This document shows, in pieces, positions 1-9,855 of a stretch of DNA of 64,000 nt. Below the pieces are notes generated by a model. It searched no databases and was not told the DNA's origin. It saw nothing but the letters and a program-made list of their open reading frames with translations. The translations under genes and the position numbers were made by a program. The DNA is from Armatimonadota bacterium. GTDB lineage: Bacteria; Armatimonadota; UBA5829; DTLH01. Numbering within the stretch: position 1 is the stretch's first letter; each line of letters starts with the position of its first letter. The DNA lies in NCBI GenBank assembly GCA_039679675.1, contig JBDKUN010000033.1:1-64000 (forward strand), in the 5' to 3' direction.

Positions 1-150
1 GGACACCTAACCAGTCATTGATACTGCTGTATCTGTTGGTTTTACACTCAAACTCGAAACTCTCCCGGAAGGAGTTTTGCCTAAAACAATGCTTAATACT
101 CGTTACATCAACTGGCAAAACTCTGTAGATGGCTCTTGGTTATGTATCGC
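1..150 (+). repeat. Leader motif copy F1 (GACACCT...GAAACTCTCCCG.AAG..TTTTG...AAAA.TCTGTAGATGG), expanded copy upstream of 219..2414
   Basis: Blocks 'gacacct', 'gaaactctcccggaag', 'aaaactctgtagatgg' recur at 2925-2985; F1 carries ~40-bp and ~30-bp insertions relative to F2. Confidence 0.45.
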
Positions 151-218
151 AGTAAAGATTAATGAGTATCTGTGACCTGGCAGGATAATGATAGCGTTGA
201 TAACAAAGGAGACGACAA

Positions 219-2414
219 ATGCGTATCGTAATGCTTTTCTGCTTATCTGTTTTATCGCTTGCTTCATCCATACCGGCAAGCGCTGAACTGATCAACGAAA
301 ATGGTATCAGTATTACCAGTCTTCTTACCAAGGCCAGGACTGCCTCCAAAGCCGAACTCTGGGCCAGTGACTCTGTAGCCAGAGATAAATTATGGGTGTA
401 TGTGGACTCCTTGTCTACGGATAAGGTGGAACAGGGGCTTGACCTATTGCCTGGATACCAGTGGATAAGCATCAAACCGGCAGATGGGACTGTATATAAG
501 GTGCTTGGACCGGACTACATAGAAAGAAGCAAGTGGAGCAGCCTCGCTGATGCCGCAGATGAGGCAGAAAAGAAGATGATCCGGCAATACGCAGAGAAGC
601 GTCTTGCAGAATACAGAGCAGCTCTAGCTCTTTCTAAAGACGGACTTCAGTCTCTTGAAACTAAAGACCCAAATCTTGTCTATGACCTTACTACCCCGTC
701 CTATCGTGTAGGTGTAGAAATACTTGCCAGTTTGAGCAATGAGCAGATGAACCAGGTCTTCAGCCCGGGAGGATTGAGAGTAAATGTCCGTAATTTACCT
801 CAAGACATGCAGAGAAAGCTTCTCGACAGTACTATTCGAGAAATGATAAATAAGTCAGCCGGAAGGCATGCACAACAGGATGGCAGCAATGCCCTGAGTG
901 CGAAGGAACTGGAAGGGGTGTTTATCAATAGCGGGGCTTTGCAGTTCTCCGGTTATGACGTGAATGGATTTTTTGTGACCATCAGCTCAGATGACTACTG
1001 GTTTGGAGGGAAGTCTATACTTGCCAGATCGGCATACCCGGAGTATTACGGATGCCGGATGCGTATCGTGAAACCAAAGTATTCTGATTTATTTGAGTCT
1101 CGTGCATTGCTACTGCAAGCAAAGGGCATGTCCATTAAAGCTTCTTGGAACTCAGTGAATGACGAAGAAGATGATTTCTGCACATTACGTTCTGATGTTG
1201 TAGAAAAAGAAAGAAAAACTCGCTTGGCCGAAACCCCTCCCCGGTTTGGATTGAGGACTGCTCCTGACGTCAAGATAGATCAACAACTTCTTAGCAAATT
1301 TGCGGAAGGCGGATACCCGTTTTATATTCGTACTATAAACTTTATCCCGACTATATGCGAACAGAAGGGATATTCGTTTTTTTCCCTTAGTCCTCATTTG
1401 ATGAGTGGCGCAGTAAAGGTTACAGATAATATAATACAGCTTGGCTATGCTCTTGATCTGGCAGCGGATGTTACGGGCGATATTAAAGACTTTCATGGTG
1501 ATTATGTTTGGGCTTACCAAAATGAGCAGATAATCCTTTCATCCAAACATTTTGCCAGTAATATTGATGGAAATATACCACTGTCTACTATAAATAGGCT
1601 CCGAGCTGTTGCAGCAAAAACCAATGGCGTATTCGATCTCGATGGACTGGTAGAGGTAGTCTCACTATTGAATCAGAGACAGCTTGATGCTTTACCGTTG
1701 AACTTACCGGATGATTTGGAGGATACAGGCATTGAATACGCTAAAACACAAAATAAATTCATACAGTTATATGCTTCCCTCAGTACCAGGCGGCGTGAAA
1801 AGGCATGCAATGGAGGCGTCTCATTCACAGTATTGGGAAGTAAGCAGAGAGACCTCTTCTATGAGGCATTGGGAAGTGCTGTAACCGCCATAGATTTGCT
1901 TCCTGAGCCTTCTTATTTCAGCGTCGATGATTGGGGTTCTCAGAATGGTAGGTATCACCTCCTGACTTTTGTATTCGGCTTTGTCGATGGGACAGGCTGG
2001 TCGTTTGATCTTATGTTGCCGGTTCCAAAGGTTAATAGTAAAACCGCTCAATCTGCTCCTAAGGCTGATGATAAGGTAGAGCCTACACAACCTCAGGTAC
2101 TGGCGGTGATGAATTCTCTTTCGGAATGGAACTATTCCGGCATGCGAGAGCATGATGATGACAATGAGCTTAAAGCGATCATGTATTCCCAAATAGGAGA
2201 TAAGCTCGTAAAACGCATACTAAAGGTAGGAGAAACCTTGGAAGGAGCAAAACTGGTTGAGATCGGAGAAAAATCCGCTATATTCACTCTCGACGGAGCA
2301 CAGATTACTTTTCCCATAACCCAAGCTGTCGCACTTGCGCCGTTCGAACCAACACCCTCTACTTCATTTATCAGTCTTTATGATAGACTGGATGACATTT
2401 TAATGCGTAAATGA
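219..2414 (+). CDS. Hypothetical secreted protein (731 aa), N-terminal signal peptide, no recognisable domain
   Basis: Long ORF; N-term MRIVMLFCLSVLSLASSIPASA hydrophobic signal-like; internal antisense ORFs are short. Confidence 0.6.
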   Translation: MRIVMLFCLSVLSLASSIPASAELINENGISITSLLTKARTASKAELWASDSVARDKLWVYVDSLSTDKVEQGLDLLPGYQWISIKPADGTVYKVLGPDYIERSKWSSLADAADEAEKKMIRQYAEKRLAEYRAALALSKDGLQSLETKDPNLVYDLTTPSYRVGVEILASLSNEQMNQVFSPGGLRVNVRNLPQDMQRKLLDSTIREMINKSAGRHAQQDGSNALSAKELEGVFINSGALQFSGYDVNGFFVTISSDDYWFGGKSILARSAYPEYYGCRMRIVKPKYSDLFESRALLLQAKGMSIKASWNSVNDEEDDFCTLRSDVVEKERKTRLAETPPRFGLRTAPDVKIDQQLLSKFAEGGYPFYIRTINFIPTICEQKGYSFFSLSPHLMSGAVKVTDNIIQLGYALDLAADVTGDIKDFHGDYVWAYQNEQIILSSKHFASNIDGNIPLSTINRLRAVAAKTNGVFDLDGLVEVVSLLNQRQLDALPLNLPDDLEDTGIEYAKTQNKFIQLYASLSTRRREKACNGGVSFTVLGSKQRDLFYEALGSAVTAIDLLPEPSYFSVDDWGSQNGRYHLLTFVFGFVDGTGWSFDLMLPVPKVNSKTAQSAPKADDKVEPTQPQVLAVMNSLSEWNYSGMREHDDDNELKAIMYSQIGDKLVKRILKVGETLEGAKLVEIGEKSAIFTLDGAQITFPITQAVALAPFEPTPSTSFISLYDRLDDILMRK

Positions 2415-2557
2415 TCACAGAGAAAATGGGAAGATGTTGTAATGATTGAGCAACATGACTGAGTTCATGCAATAAAACAGGTAATAATACAGACTGTTTG
2501 GGTACGCTTTTTGAAGTTGATAGAGTGAGGAAATAATGCAGGAAGGAAGTACCGCAT

Positions 2558-2863
2558 ATGAAAACACTCATCAGCAAGGAAAGCATAATATTATCACTGA
2601 TCTGTATGGCTGATATGTTCAGCACTTTAATAATGGTATCGATGGGATATGCTACCGAACAGAATCCATTGATGGCGTCATGTCTCCAACGCAGCGCATG
2701 GCTGTTTCTTGCTGCCAAGACTGCAAGTTTCCTCCCGTTTATAGTTGTTGTCGAGTGGTATAGGCGAAAAAAGCCGGCTTTTGCTCAGGCTGCCACCCGC
2801 GCGGCGATAGTCCTTTATCTTCTTGCTTATGTAACTATTACTGTTCGCGTCAATATGGCTTAA
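2558..2863 (+). CDS. Small hydrophobic membrane protein (101 aa, ~3 TM)
   Basis: ORF with three hydrophobic stretches and basic loop RRKKP; family not securely recognised. Confidence 0.4.
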   Translation: MKTLISKESIILSLICMADMFSTLIMVSMGYATEQNPLMASCLQRSAWLFLAAKTASFLPFIVVVEWYRRKKPAFAQAATRAAIVLYLLAYVTITVRVNMA

Positions 2864-2924
2864 AAATAGAAACAGAAGGATATAGAAGGATTAGTTAAGT
2901 GAATCGGTTGGCCGCGGGGTATTC

Positions 2925-2985
2925 AGATGACACCTGAAACTCTCCCGTAAGATTTTTGACATAGACGAAAATCTGTAGATGGAAG
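2925..2985 (+). repeat. Leader motif copy F2 immediately upstream of 2989..3525
   Basis: gacacctgaaactctcccgtaagatttttgac...gaaaatctgtagatgg matches blocks in 1-150. Confidence 0.45.
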
Positions 2986-2988
2986 CGG

Positions 2989-3525
2989 GTGGTGAAGATG
3001 TCGCTTCTGCAGCGATTCAAAAAAGAGAGCGACGAGCACAAACAGCGGCTGTCTAGAGTGCTGCACGCGATGGAGGTGCTGTTTATTGAACAGCGGTCCT
3101 CCGAAGTTGATCGTGACCGTGACCTAGACTGGGAATACGAGCACATGAACGACTCGGTCAAGTATGGTAAGATCCTTGCCAGACACCGCAATTTATCTCT
3201 AGACCTCGCAGCTTGCGCAGTAGCTCTCCAGAACATCGGGCGGATCAGCACAGGCAAATCGGAAGGGCATGCGGAGTCCGGTTACGAGCCAGCCAAGAGG
3301 TTTCTGGCCGCGCTGGGGTGCTTTACTCTGCAGGAGATTGAGCAGATTGCCTCAGCCGTCAAAAACCACAGCAGGAAAGAGCACATTGACGCACCTATGG
3401 ACGAGTTGGCAAAGGATGTAGATATTTATGTCAGGTACATCCACGGAGACGAGTTCAAAATGGCCCATGAGCACCGCCGGTTGTCTACGGTACTTATGGA
3501 ATTTCAGAAGAAAGTGAAAGCTTAG
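2989..3525 (+). CDS. Hypothetical protein (178 aa); possibly a degenerate HD-superfamily hydrolase
   Basis: ORF; weak H...H.ND...NIGR pattern reminiscent of HD domain but not canonical. Confidence 0.35.
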   Translation: MVKMSLLQRFKKESDEHKQRLSRVLHAMEVLFIEQRSSEVDRDRDLDWEYEHMNDSVKYGKILARHRNLSLDLAACAVALQNIGRISTGKSEGHAESGYEPAKRFLAALGCFTLQEIEQIASAVKNHSRKEHIDAPMDELAKDVDIYVRYIHGDEFKMAHEHRRLSTVLMEFQKKVKA

Positions 3526-4106
3526 CGCCTAGATACCCAGGCTGAATCATCGGCTGAGTAGAACCGCCAAAGCTCCTCTGCGCCCAGCTTGATGCCGACT
3601 CTGGTCGTCTGCACCAGGTTACGTGTCTCACATCCTTCCACAATACGCAGGCTCCCCGCGGTGAGGTCAGTGTGGTTAAGACAGCCATTAATTTTAAGTG
3701 CTTTTGTGAGTTTTCCCGGCCCACTGCAAAGGTTTTTAAGAAGAGTGGTGTGCCTCGCTTCGATCATGAGTGGTATTCCCTCCAGCGGCTCCAGTGCCCG
3801 GAGCAGGACAGCTTCAGCGACGCCTTCCGGCATGGTTACGGCGTTCAGACACCAGTGAGTGTGGATCATATATATGTAAGCATGCCCTGGAGGGCCGAAC
3901 ATCGCCTGGTTGCGTTTGGTCAAACCTCGTGTAGCGTGGTTCGCTGGGTCGCCTGTTATGTAGGCTTCGGTTTCGATTATTCTACCGGCAATTACACCAT
4001 CCGGGGTCTCATGCACAAGGAAATGCCCTATAAGCCGGCGTGCGACTGTAAGTGTATCCTGAAGATAAAAAGCCCGGTCAAGAGCCGGGCGGGTCAAGAG
4101 GTTCAT
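3522..4106 (-). CDS. mpg: DNA-3-methyladenine glycosylase (Mpg/AAG family)
   Basis: GRIIETEAYITGDPANHATRGLTKRNQAMFGPPGHAYIYMIHTHWCLN matches Mpg family core. Confidence 0.8.
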   Translation of the reverse strand: MNLLTRPALDRAFYLQDTLTVARRLIGHFLVHETPDGVIAGRIIETEAYITGDPANHATRGLTKRNQAMFGPPGHAYIYMIHTHWCLNAVTMPEGVAEAVLLRALEPLEGIPLMIEARHTTLLKNLCSGPGKLTKALKINGCLNHTDLTAGSLRIVEGCETRNLVQTTRVGIKLGAEELWRFYSADDSAWVSRR

Positions 4107-4172
4107 AAATTAATACCAGACAAGCTTAGATTGACCGAATGGTCTGCTATCGAATATAATTATACCAGCGAT

Positions 4173-4246
4173 TGCTGGGTCGTCCAATGGCAGGACGCGA
4201 GACTTTGGATCTCGTCATCTAGGTTCGAATCCTGGCCCAGCAGCCA
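4173..4246 (+). tRNA. tRNA-Gln (anticodon TTG), CCA encoded
   Basis: Cloverleaf by hand: acceptor TGCTGGG/CCCAGCA, D-stem GTCC/GGAC, anticodon stem CGAGA/TCTCG with loop CTTTGGA, T-arm CTAGG-TTCGAAT-CCTGG, discriminator G then CCA. Confidence 0.75.
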
Positions 4247-4312
4247 GATTATATATACGGGCTATTCTAGTAAGAGTTCAGAGTTGATGAGTAAGCATCA
4301 TGCGGAATGTCC

Positions 4313-4388
4313 ACAGCGTCATTTCGGGCTTGACTCAGCATCCAGGAAAAGAATGGACCCTGAAACTCCTTAGTTCAGGGTGATGTCT
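4313..4388 (+). repeat. MITE-like repeat family D, copy D1 (short/diverged), downstream of tRNA-Gln
   Basis: cgtcatttcgggcttgactcagcatccaggaaaagaatggaccctgaa..ttcagggtgatgtc; near-identical core at 41713-41772 and reverse-complement at 36596-36656. Confidence 0.7.
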
Positions 4389-4611
4389 TTCCATCCATGA
4401 TGACGTGTTGGTTATTCAAAATGATATATAATTCCTGCAATAGTGAACTATTACCAATATAGAGCTTCTATGAGAGCCATGGGAGCAGCATAATTGAATT
4501 TTATGGCAGACCAGTTGTATAATTGCCCTGCCTTCTTGTGTATTAAAGGCGCATGCCGGAATTTAGAGGACGATTTACCCCAAAAACAACGATACTTTTC
4601 AGGAGAAAACG

Positions 4612-5391
4612 ATGAAACCAGTAACTCTTATGTTTGTGTCAGTTTTTATCTTCCTGCTTATGGCAGGCGCGGTCGCTGACGATGCTGTCAAATCACCGAG
4701 GCTAATCACTGTCACCGGGGAAGCACAGGTAAATGTTATTCCTGACGAAGTGGCAATTAGCATCGGTGTGCAGGCGTGCGGAGACACAGCTACGGCGGCT
4801 AAACTTGCGGAGGAGGAGATTGCGAAGAAGGTTGTCGATGTCACAAAGCAGTTGAAAATCGAGAGCCGTTATGTGCAAACAACTAGTATCGAAATGGACC
4901 TGGTAAAGCCTGAGTCCTATGACTGGCGAGTGTGCTATCAGACCGATGAGTCCAGAAAGTACGGTGCGAGACAAATGATCCGGATCACCCTTAAAGATGT
5001 GCCCATCCTTGAGGATTTGCTCACTAAGTCGTTGGAGGCCGGCGCGATCAGAATTGTGGGGGTGGATTTCAGGACCTCGAATCTGCGAAAATATCGCGAC
5101 CAAGCACGCACGATGGCGATTAAGGCCGCCAAGGAAAAAGCAGCCCTTATGGCCGGTGAACTCGGCTGTAAAATCGGCCAGCCCCAGAGTATATCAGAGC
5201 AGCCCTCTTATGGGCGGGATTGGTACTATTATGGGTCAGGCTGGTGGGGCGGAGGCGGATATTCCTCCTCAGCAAACTCTGTCCAGAATATCTCATATGA
5301 GCCATCCTCGTCGTATGACAACACGGCACTTTCACTCGGACAGATCGCCGTGACGGCCAGGGTAACTGTTAGCTTTGAACTGAGTCAGTAA
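4612..5391 (+). CDS. SIMPL (DUF541) domain periplasmic protein with signal peptide and Gly/Ser/Tyr-rich insert
   Basis: ITVTGEAQVNVIPDEVAISIGVQ...VQTTSIEMD pattern typical of SIMPL/DUF541; signal peptide. Confidence 0.65.
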   Translation: MKPVTLMFVSVFIFLLMAGAVADDAVKSPRLITVTGEAQVNVIPDEVAISIGVQACGDTATAAKLAEEEIAKKVVDVTKQLKIESRYVQTTSIEMDLVKPESYDWRVCYQTDESRKYGARQMIRITLKDVPILEDLLTKSLEAGAIRIVGVDFRTSNLRKYRDQARTMAIKAAKEKAALMAGELGCKIGQPQSISEQPSYGRDWYYYGSGWWGGGGYSSSANSVQNISYEPSSSYDNTALSLGQIAVTARVTVSFELSQ

Positions 5392-5492
5392 CCTTTGGCG
5401 GAGCCGGAGGCAGATTATATCCCTCAAAGATGGTTAGCTCAATACCGCTCAACGTAAATATATGTACCAGATGGGGTATATGAAATGATATT

Positions 5493-5750
5493 ATGAGCAA
5501 ACTGGTATTCAGCGGGATACAGCCGACCGGTCTGGTCCATATCGGCAACTATTTAGGTGCGATCAAGCAATGGGTCGAGCTGCAGCATGAGCACGAGTCC
5601 ATTTTCTCCATCGTCGATTATCATGCCATAACAATCCCCTACGAACCTGCGGAAATGCAAAAGAACATCTTCGAGGCAGCCATTTTCATCCCCACTTTCA
5701 TTTCCCCCAGCATTTTTCTTGACCATCAGGCCTGTCAAGTGCTATTTTAG
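5493..5750 (+). pseudogene. trpS: Truncated tryptophanyl-tRNA synthetase N-terminal fragment (85 codons)
   Basis: VFSGIQPTGLVHIGNYLGAIKQWVELQ...IVDYHAIT matches TrpRS N-terminus incl. HIGH-like HIGN; ORF stops at ~aa 85 and runs into DUF885 gene. Confidence 0.6.
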
Positions 5751-5796
5751 ACTTAATGCTGTGTTTCCGGCAGCGGTCATCCCCGTGGAGGGTTCA

Positions 5797-7422
5797 ATGG
5801 ACGGTAAGACAGGGTTCTACAGTGCATTTGACGACTATCTAGCCTGGTTTATGCAGGAATCGCCGACTACGGCAACGGTCCTCGGTGTTCACGATCACGA
5901 CGACCGGCTTTCAGACTTGTCTATTTCCTCGCTTGACGATCAATACCGTAAAAACCAGCAATACCTCACACAGTTCGAGCCATTCCAACTTGCAGATGAT
6001 AAAGATGTCGCAGTAGATGCCGCTTTGGCTGTGTCCATGGTCCGTGATTCGATACGGGAATACGAAAAGCTGAAATTCAAGCTGAGGATGCCAGATGTTT
6101 ACCTGGAGGAATCGATTTTTGGATCGTACAGTCTTCTCCTAAAGGAGTTTGCGCCTCTTTCCGAACGGCTCAAAAACCTCACCGGCAGGCTTTCGGATGT
6201 TCCCCGTGTGTTGGAGCAGGGGAAAGCCAACCTCACAAACCCTCCAAAGATCTGGACCGAGATTGCGATAACCCATGCCAAAGGCGGGATAACGTTTTTT
6301 GAGGACACTATTCCGATAATCGCTTCACAGTGCCCGGATTTAGCCGGTAAGGTGATCGAATCAAGCGAAAAGGCTGCCGCGGCTATGAAAGACTTCCTCC
6401 GATTTCTGCAGACTGATCTCAAAGAGCGGTCGGATGGGGAGTTTGCGATAGGCGAGGAGTTGTTGAACGAGATAGTCCGAGAACAGCATATGCTGGACGC
6501 TGACGCGGACAGGATAGAGCGGACCGGCCACAGCCTGATCGCTTCCACCAGGGAGGCCATGTCCGAAGTTGCCCGGGAGATTGCTCCCGGCAGGGACAGG
6601 ATGGAAGTGCTGGATGAACTGCGTGAGCAGCATCCGCAGCCGGATGAATTGTTGAATGCTTACCGGGATGCAATGGACAGGTCTCGCCGGTTTATCATCG
6701 AGCATGACCTTGTGACGCTTCCGGAAGGTGAATGGCTCGAAATTCATGAGACGCCTGTATTCGAGCGGGCCACGCTTCCGTTTGCGGCATATCTCATGCC
6801 GGGGCCGTTCGAAAAGCAGCAGCAGGGAGTGTTCTGGGTCACACCAGCTGATCAAAGCCTGTCGGATGATGAGCTGGAAACAAGGCTCAGGGGCCAGCCA
6901 TACGGAAAAATCCCGGTCACGGCGGTGCATGAGGGGTATCCCGGCCATCATCTTCAGCTTGTAAGGGGTAATCAGGCAGCGACGATGCCACGTAAAGTCG
7001 GTGCTTCGACACTTTTCGTGGAAGGCTGGGCGTTTTACTGCGAAGAGATGATGGAACAGCAGGGATTCCTGACCGATCAAGCGTGCAGAATGCTCAGGCT
7101 GGCAGATCAATTATGGCGGGCGTGCCGCATAGTGATAGATGTAGGCCTCCATGTGAGAGGAATGTCCATAGATGACGCTGTTAGAATGCTTGTCGACGTG
7201 GCAGGGCTCGAAAGGCCGGACGCCGTGGCGGAAGTCCATCGCTACACCCAGTCTCCGACACAGCCGATGTGCTATCTGATAGGAAAGCTCGAGATTATGA
7301 AGATCGCTGATGAATTTCGAGCTAAAAACGGATCAGAATTCAACCTAAAGAGCTTCCATGACAAACTCCTGTCGTTTGGCTCGCTGACTCCGAAGCTTAT
7401 CAGAACTATGCTGTTCGATTGA
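5797..7422 (+). CDS. DUF885 family protein
   Basis: HEGYPGHHLQ and VEGWAFYCE motifs typical of DUF885; start chosen at MDGKTGFY (ORF-track start 5719 overlaps trpS fragment). Confidence 0.65.
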   Translation: MDGKTGFYSAFDDYLAWFMQESPTTATVLGVHDHDDRLSDLSISSLDDQYRKNQQYLTQFEPFQLADDKDVAVDAALAVSMVRDSIREYEKLKFKLRMPDVYLEESIFGSYSLLLKEFAPLSERLKNLTGRLSDVPRVLEQGKANLTNPPKIWTEIAITHAKGGITFFEDTIPIIASQCPDLAGKVIESSEKAAAAMKDFLRFLQTDLKERSDGEFAIGEELLNEIVREQHMLDADADRIERTGHSLIASTREAMSEVAREIAPGRDRMEVLDELREQHPQPDELLNAYRDAMDRSRRFIIEHDLVTLPEGEWLEIHETPVFERATLPFAAYLMPGPFEKQQQGVFWVTPADQSLSDDELETRLRGQPYGKIPVTAVHEGYPGHHLQLVRGNQAATMPRKVGASTLFVEGWAFYCEEMMEQQGFLTDQACRMLRLADQLWRACRIVIDVGLHVRGMSIDDAVRMLVDVAGLERPDAVAEVHRYTQSPTQPMCYLIGKLEIMKIADEFRAKNGSEFNLKSFHDKLLSFGSLTPKLIRTMLFD

Positions 7423-7492
7423 TTATGGAAGGAGGAATCCACCTGTCAGGGGACTAACTTGTTAGTGTTTAGTATAGCAAGGGGTACAGTTA

Positions 7493-8245
7493 GTGGCACA
7501 TACAGTAGTTCAAGAAGCAGAGGAAATCTTAGACAAAGAATATAAAGTTCTAAACCATGGGTTTGTGAGATTGGTTGATTATATGGGCGGTGATGCCAGG
7601 ATTGTGCAGTCCGCGCGGGTATCCTACGGCGCAGGGACGAAGACGGTTCGGGATGATACCAGGCTTATAAACTATCTCATGAGAAACGACCATTCATCCC
7701 CGTTCGAGCAGGTTGTATTCACTTTTCACATCAAGATGCCGATCTTTGTCGCCAGACAGTGGGTGAGGCACAGGACTGCCCGGATGAACGAGATTTCCGG
7801 GCGCTACAGCGTTATGACGGACGAGTGCTACCTTCCTGAGCGCATGCCGCTTCAACGGACAGATAACAAGCAGGGCAGTTCGGAAGAGTCATTAGCGCCG
7901 GATATGTCTAAAGAGTATCTTGACCTGATGGAAGAAGACCAGAAAAAGGTCTACGAACACTACCAGTCTATGATAGAAAAGGGCGTCTCCCGCGAAATAG
8001 CCAGAATCAACCTACCGCTTTCGCTTTATACCGAAGTCTACTGGCAGATGGACTTAAGGAACCTCTTCCACTTCTTGAAACTTCGCCTGGACGACCACGC
8101 GCAGTATGAGATCAGGTGCTACGCAGAAGTAATCGCCGAAATGGTGAAAAAAGTTGCCCCAATCGCCTGGAGCGCGTTTGAAGAGTACGTGCTCTATGCA
8201 AAGACTTTCTCTAGGTCTGAGCTTGAGAAGATGAAGAATAAATAA
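7493..8245 (+). CDS. thyX: FAD-dependent thymidylate synthase ThyX (GTG start)
   Basis: ThyX signature RHRTARMNEISGRYS (RHRxxxxxxxSxR). Confidence 0.85.
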   Translation: MAHTVVQEAEEILDKEYKVLNHGFVRLVDYMGGDARIVQSARVSYGAGTKTVRDDTRLINYLMRNDHSSPFEQVVFTFHIKMPIFVARQWVRHRTARMNEISGRYSVMTDECYLPERMPLQRTDNKQGSSEESLAPDMSKEYLDLMEEDQKKVYEHYQSMIEKGVSREIARINLPLSLYTEVYWQMDLRNLFHFLKLRLDDHAQYEIRCYAEVIAEMVKKVAPIAWSAFEEYVLYAKTFSRSELEKMKNK

Positions 8246-8273
8246 TCAGCAGGAACCAGAATACCTGCTGATT

Positions 8274-9560
8274 TTATCCGATCGTTCTTGCAGTTCTGAC
8301 CTGCGGTCTCGCTGAAGGCCGGTCGTCTTCATCTTCTTCCCAAAGCAGCTTTGCGAGCGGGAATGGGTCGAGTGCGCGGTCCAAAATGCCATGGACATAA
8401 GCGAGCGTGACGCCGTAATTCGTCATCGGAATGGATGCTTCTTTTGCTATACGCTGCCGGTATGCCACCTCTCGGGGGTTCAACGTACACGCGCCGCAGT
8501 GGATGATGAGATTATAATTCTTGAAGTCCTCCGGGAACTCTATACCGGAACTGAATCCGAACTCCAAGTCGCCTCCGACCGTTTGCCTAAGCCACCTTGG
8601 AATCTGGACGGTACCTATGTCGTCTCCCTGCCGGTGGTGCGTGCAGCCTTCGGAGATAAGGACTCTGTCGCCGGGTTTAAGCCGCTTAAGCGCTTTAGCG
8701 CCCGCGACGAACTCGTTCAGGTCACCCTTATAGCGCGCCATCAGGATGGAAAAACTCGTCATCCATATATCGCGCGGGGTATCGGCAGCGACCTTCAGAA
8801 ATACCTGTGAGTCGGTGATAACGAGCTTGGGCTTTCGGTTCAGGCTGTCGAGTGCGCTTTTCAGCTCCCGTTCCTTGACGACCATCGCATAGGCATCATT
8901 ATCGAGCGCGTCGCGGAGTGTCATTACCTGCGGGAGAATCAGCCGTCCTTTGGGAGCGGCTTTGTCAATCGGCACGACAAGGACCACAATATCGCCCGAA
9001 GATATAAGGTCGCCGATAATCGTCGGCTCGCCGAGACTTTCGGGCGCGGAAGCGATCATCGCGGACTTCAACCCGTCTATATTTTCGCCAGTGACTGCCG
9101 AGACGGCGACAAAAGGCATCTCTTTGGACTTTGCCCACTCTTCGACTGCCGATGTGTCGCGCACAAGGTCGATTTTATTTGCGACTGCGACTGCAGGGAT
9201 GCTACGCTCCTTGATCTTTGCTGCCAGGCTATTCTCGAACTCGCCCGGCTGCTGTCCGGCTTCGATGACAAGCACCGCAAGGTCGGTCTTTTCAAGTATA
9301 CGCAGGGTTTTTTCGATCCTGAGCTCACCCAGAGCGCCGATATCGTCTATTCCGGCAGTATCTGTGACGATCACAGGCCCGATGGGAAGTATCTCCATAG
9401 CTTTCGACACTGGATCGGTCGTAGTGCCTGGAATATCGGAGACTATGGCGAGCTTCTGGCTGGTCAGAGCGTTAATGAGGCTTGATTTGCCGGAGTTCCG
9501 CCGCCCGAATATGGTTATATGAAGCCGCTCCCCGGAGGGAGTCTGGTTCAAACTGGTCAT
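8274..9560 (-). CDS. hydF: [FeFe]-hydrogenase maturation GTPase HydF-like
   Basis: GTPase motifs GRRNSGKSSLINAL, DTAG, NKID; C-terminal CTHH...HCGAC (CxHx~45HCxxC) FeS-binding motif of HydF. Confidence 0.65.
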   Translation of the reverse strand: MTSLNQTPSGERLHITIFGRRNSGKSSLINALTSQKLAIVSDIPGTTTDPVSKAMEILPIGPVIVTDTAGIDDIGALGELRIEKTLRILEKTDLAVLVIEAGQQPGEFENSLAAKIKERSIPAVAVANKIDLVRDTSAVEEWAKSKEMPFVAVSAVTGENIDGLKSAMIASAPESLGEPTIIGDLISSGDIVVLVVPIDKAAPKGRLILPQVMTLRDALDNDAYAMVVKERELKSALDSLNRKPKLVITDSQVFLKVAADTPRDIWMTSFSILMARYKGDLNEFVAGAKALKRLKPGDRVLISEGCTHHRQGDDIGTVQIPRWLRQTVGGDLEFGFSSGIEFPEDFKNYNLIIHCGACTLNPREVAYRQRIAKEASIPMTNYGVTLAYVHGILDRALDPFPLAKLLWEEDEDDRPSARPQVRTARTIG

Positions 9561-9855
9561 TTATTCCTCGTTATGGAATTAGTACAACATTATACGCCGG
9601 AAGGTGCTGGCACTCAAGCTGAACAGTGGAATTTCAGAATAAGAGAGCTTGACATCTGTCTGTGAGGAGGATCGGTCTGTAAAGCTCAAATAATATTAAC
9701 AGATAGCATCACATATAATTCACACACTCTGGTAATACACTACTACCTGGGGTTGTGAGATTGAAACCAACTGGCATAATGTATACTATAGATAAGATAA
9801 CTTTTACAGTGTGACAATTCATTTTGCAACAAAAAAGGAGAAGCGAATTAAAATC

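Noticed and set aside
2989-3525. HD-domain phosphohydrolase call
   Set aside because: His/Asp pattern is not canonical (HMND rather than HD); kept only as low-confidence hypothetical.
3672-4373. 233-aa plus-strand ORF
   Set aside because: Runs antisense through the mpg gene and straight across the tRNA-Gln gene; no homology signal; treated as spurious.
6361-7110. 249-aa minus-strand ORF
   Set aside because: Antisense within the DUF885 gene; GC-rich frame artefact.
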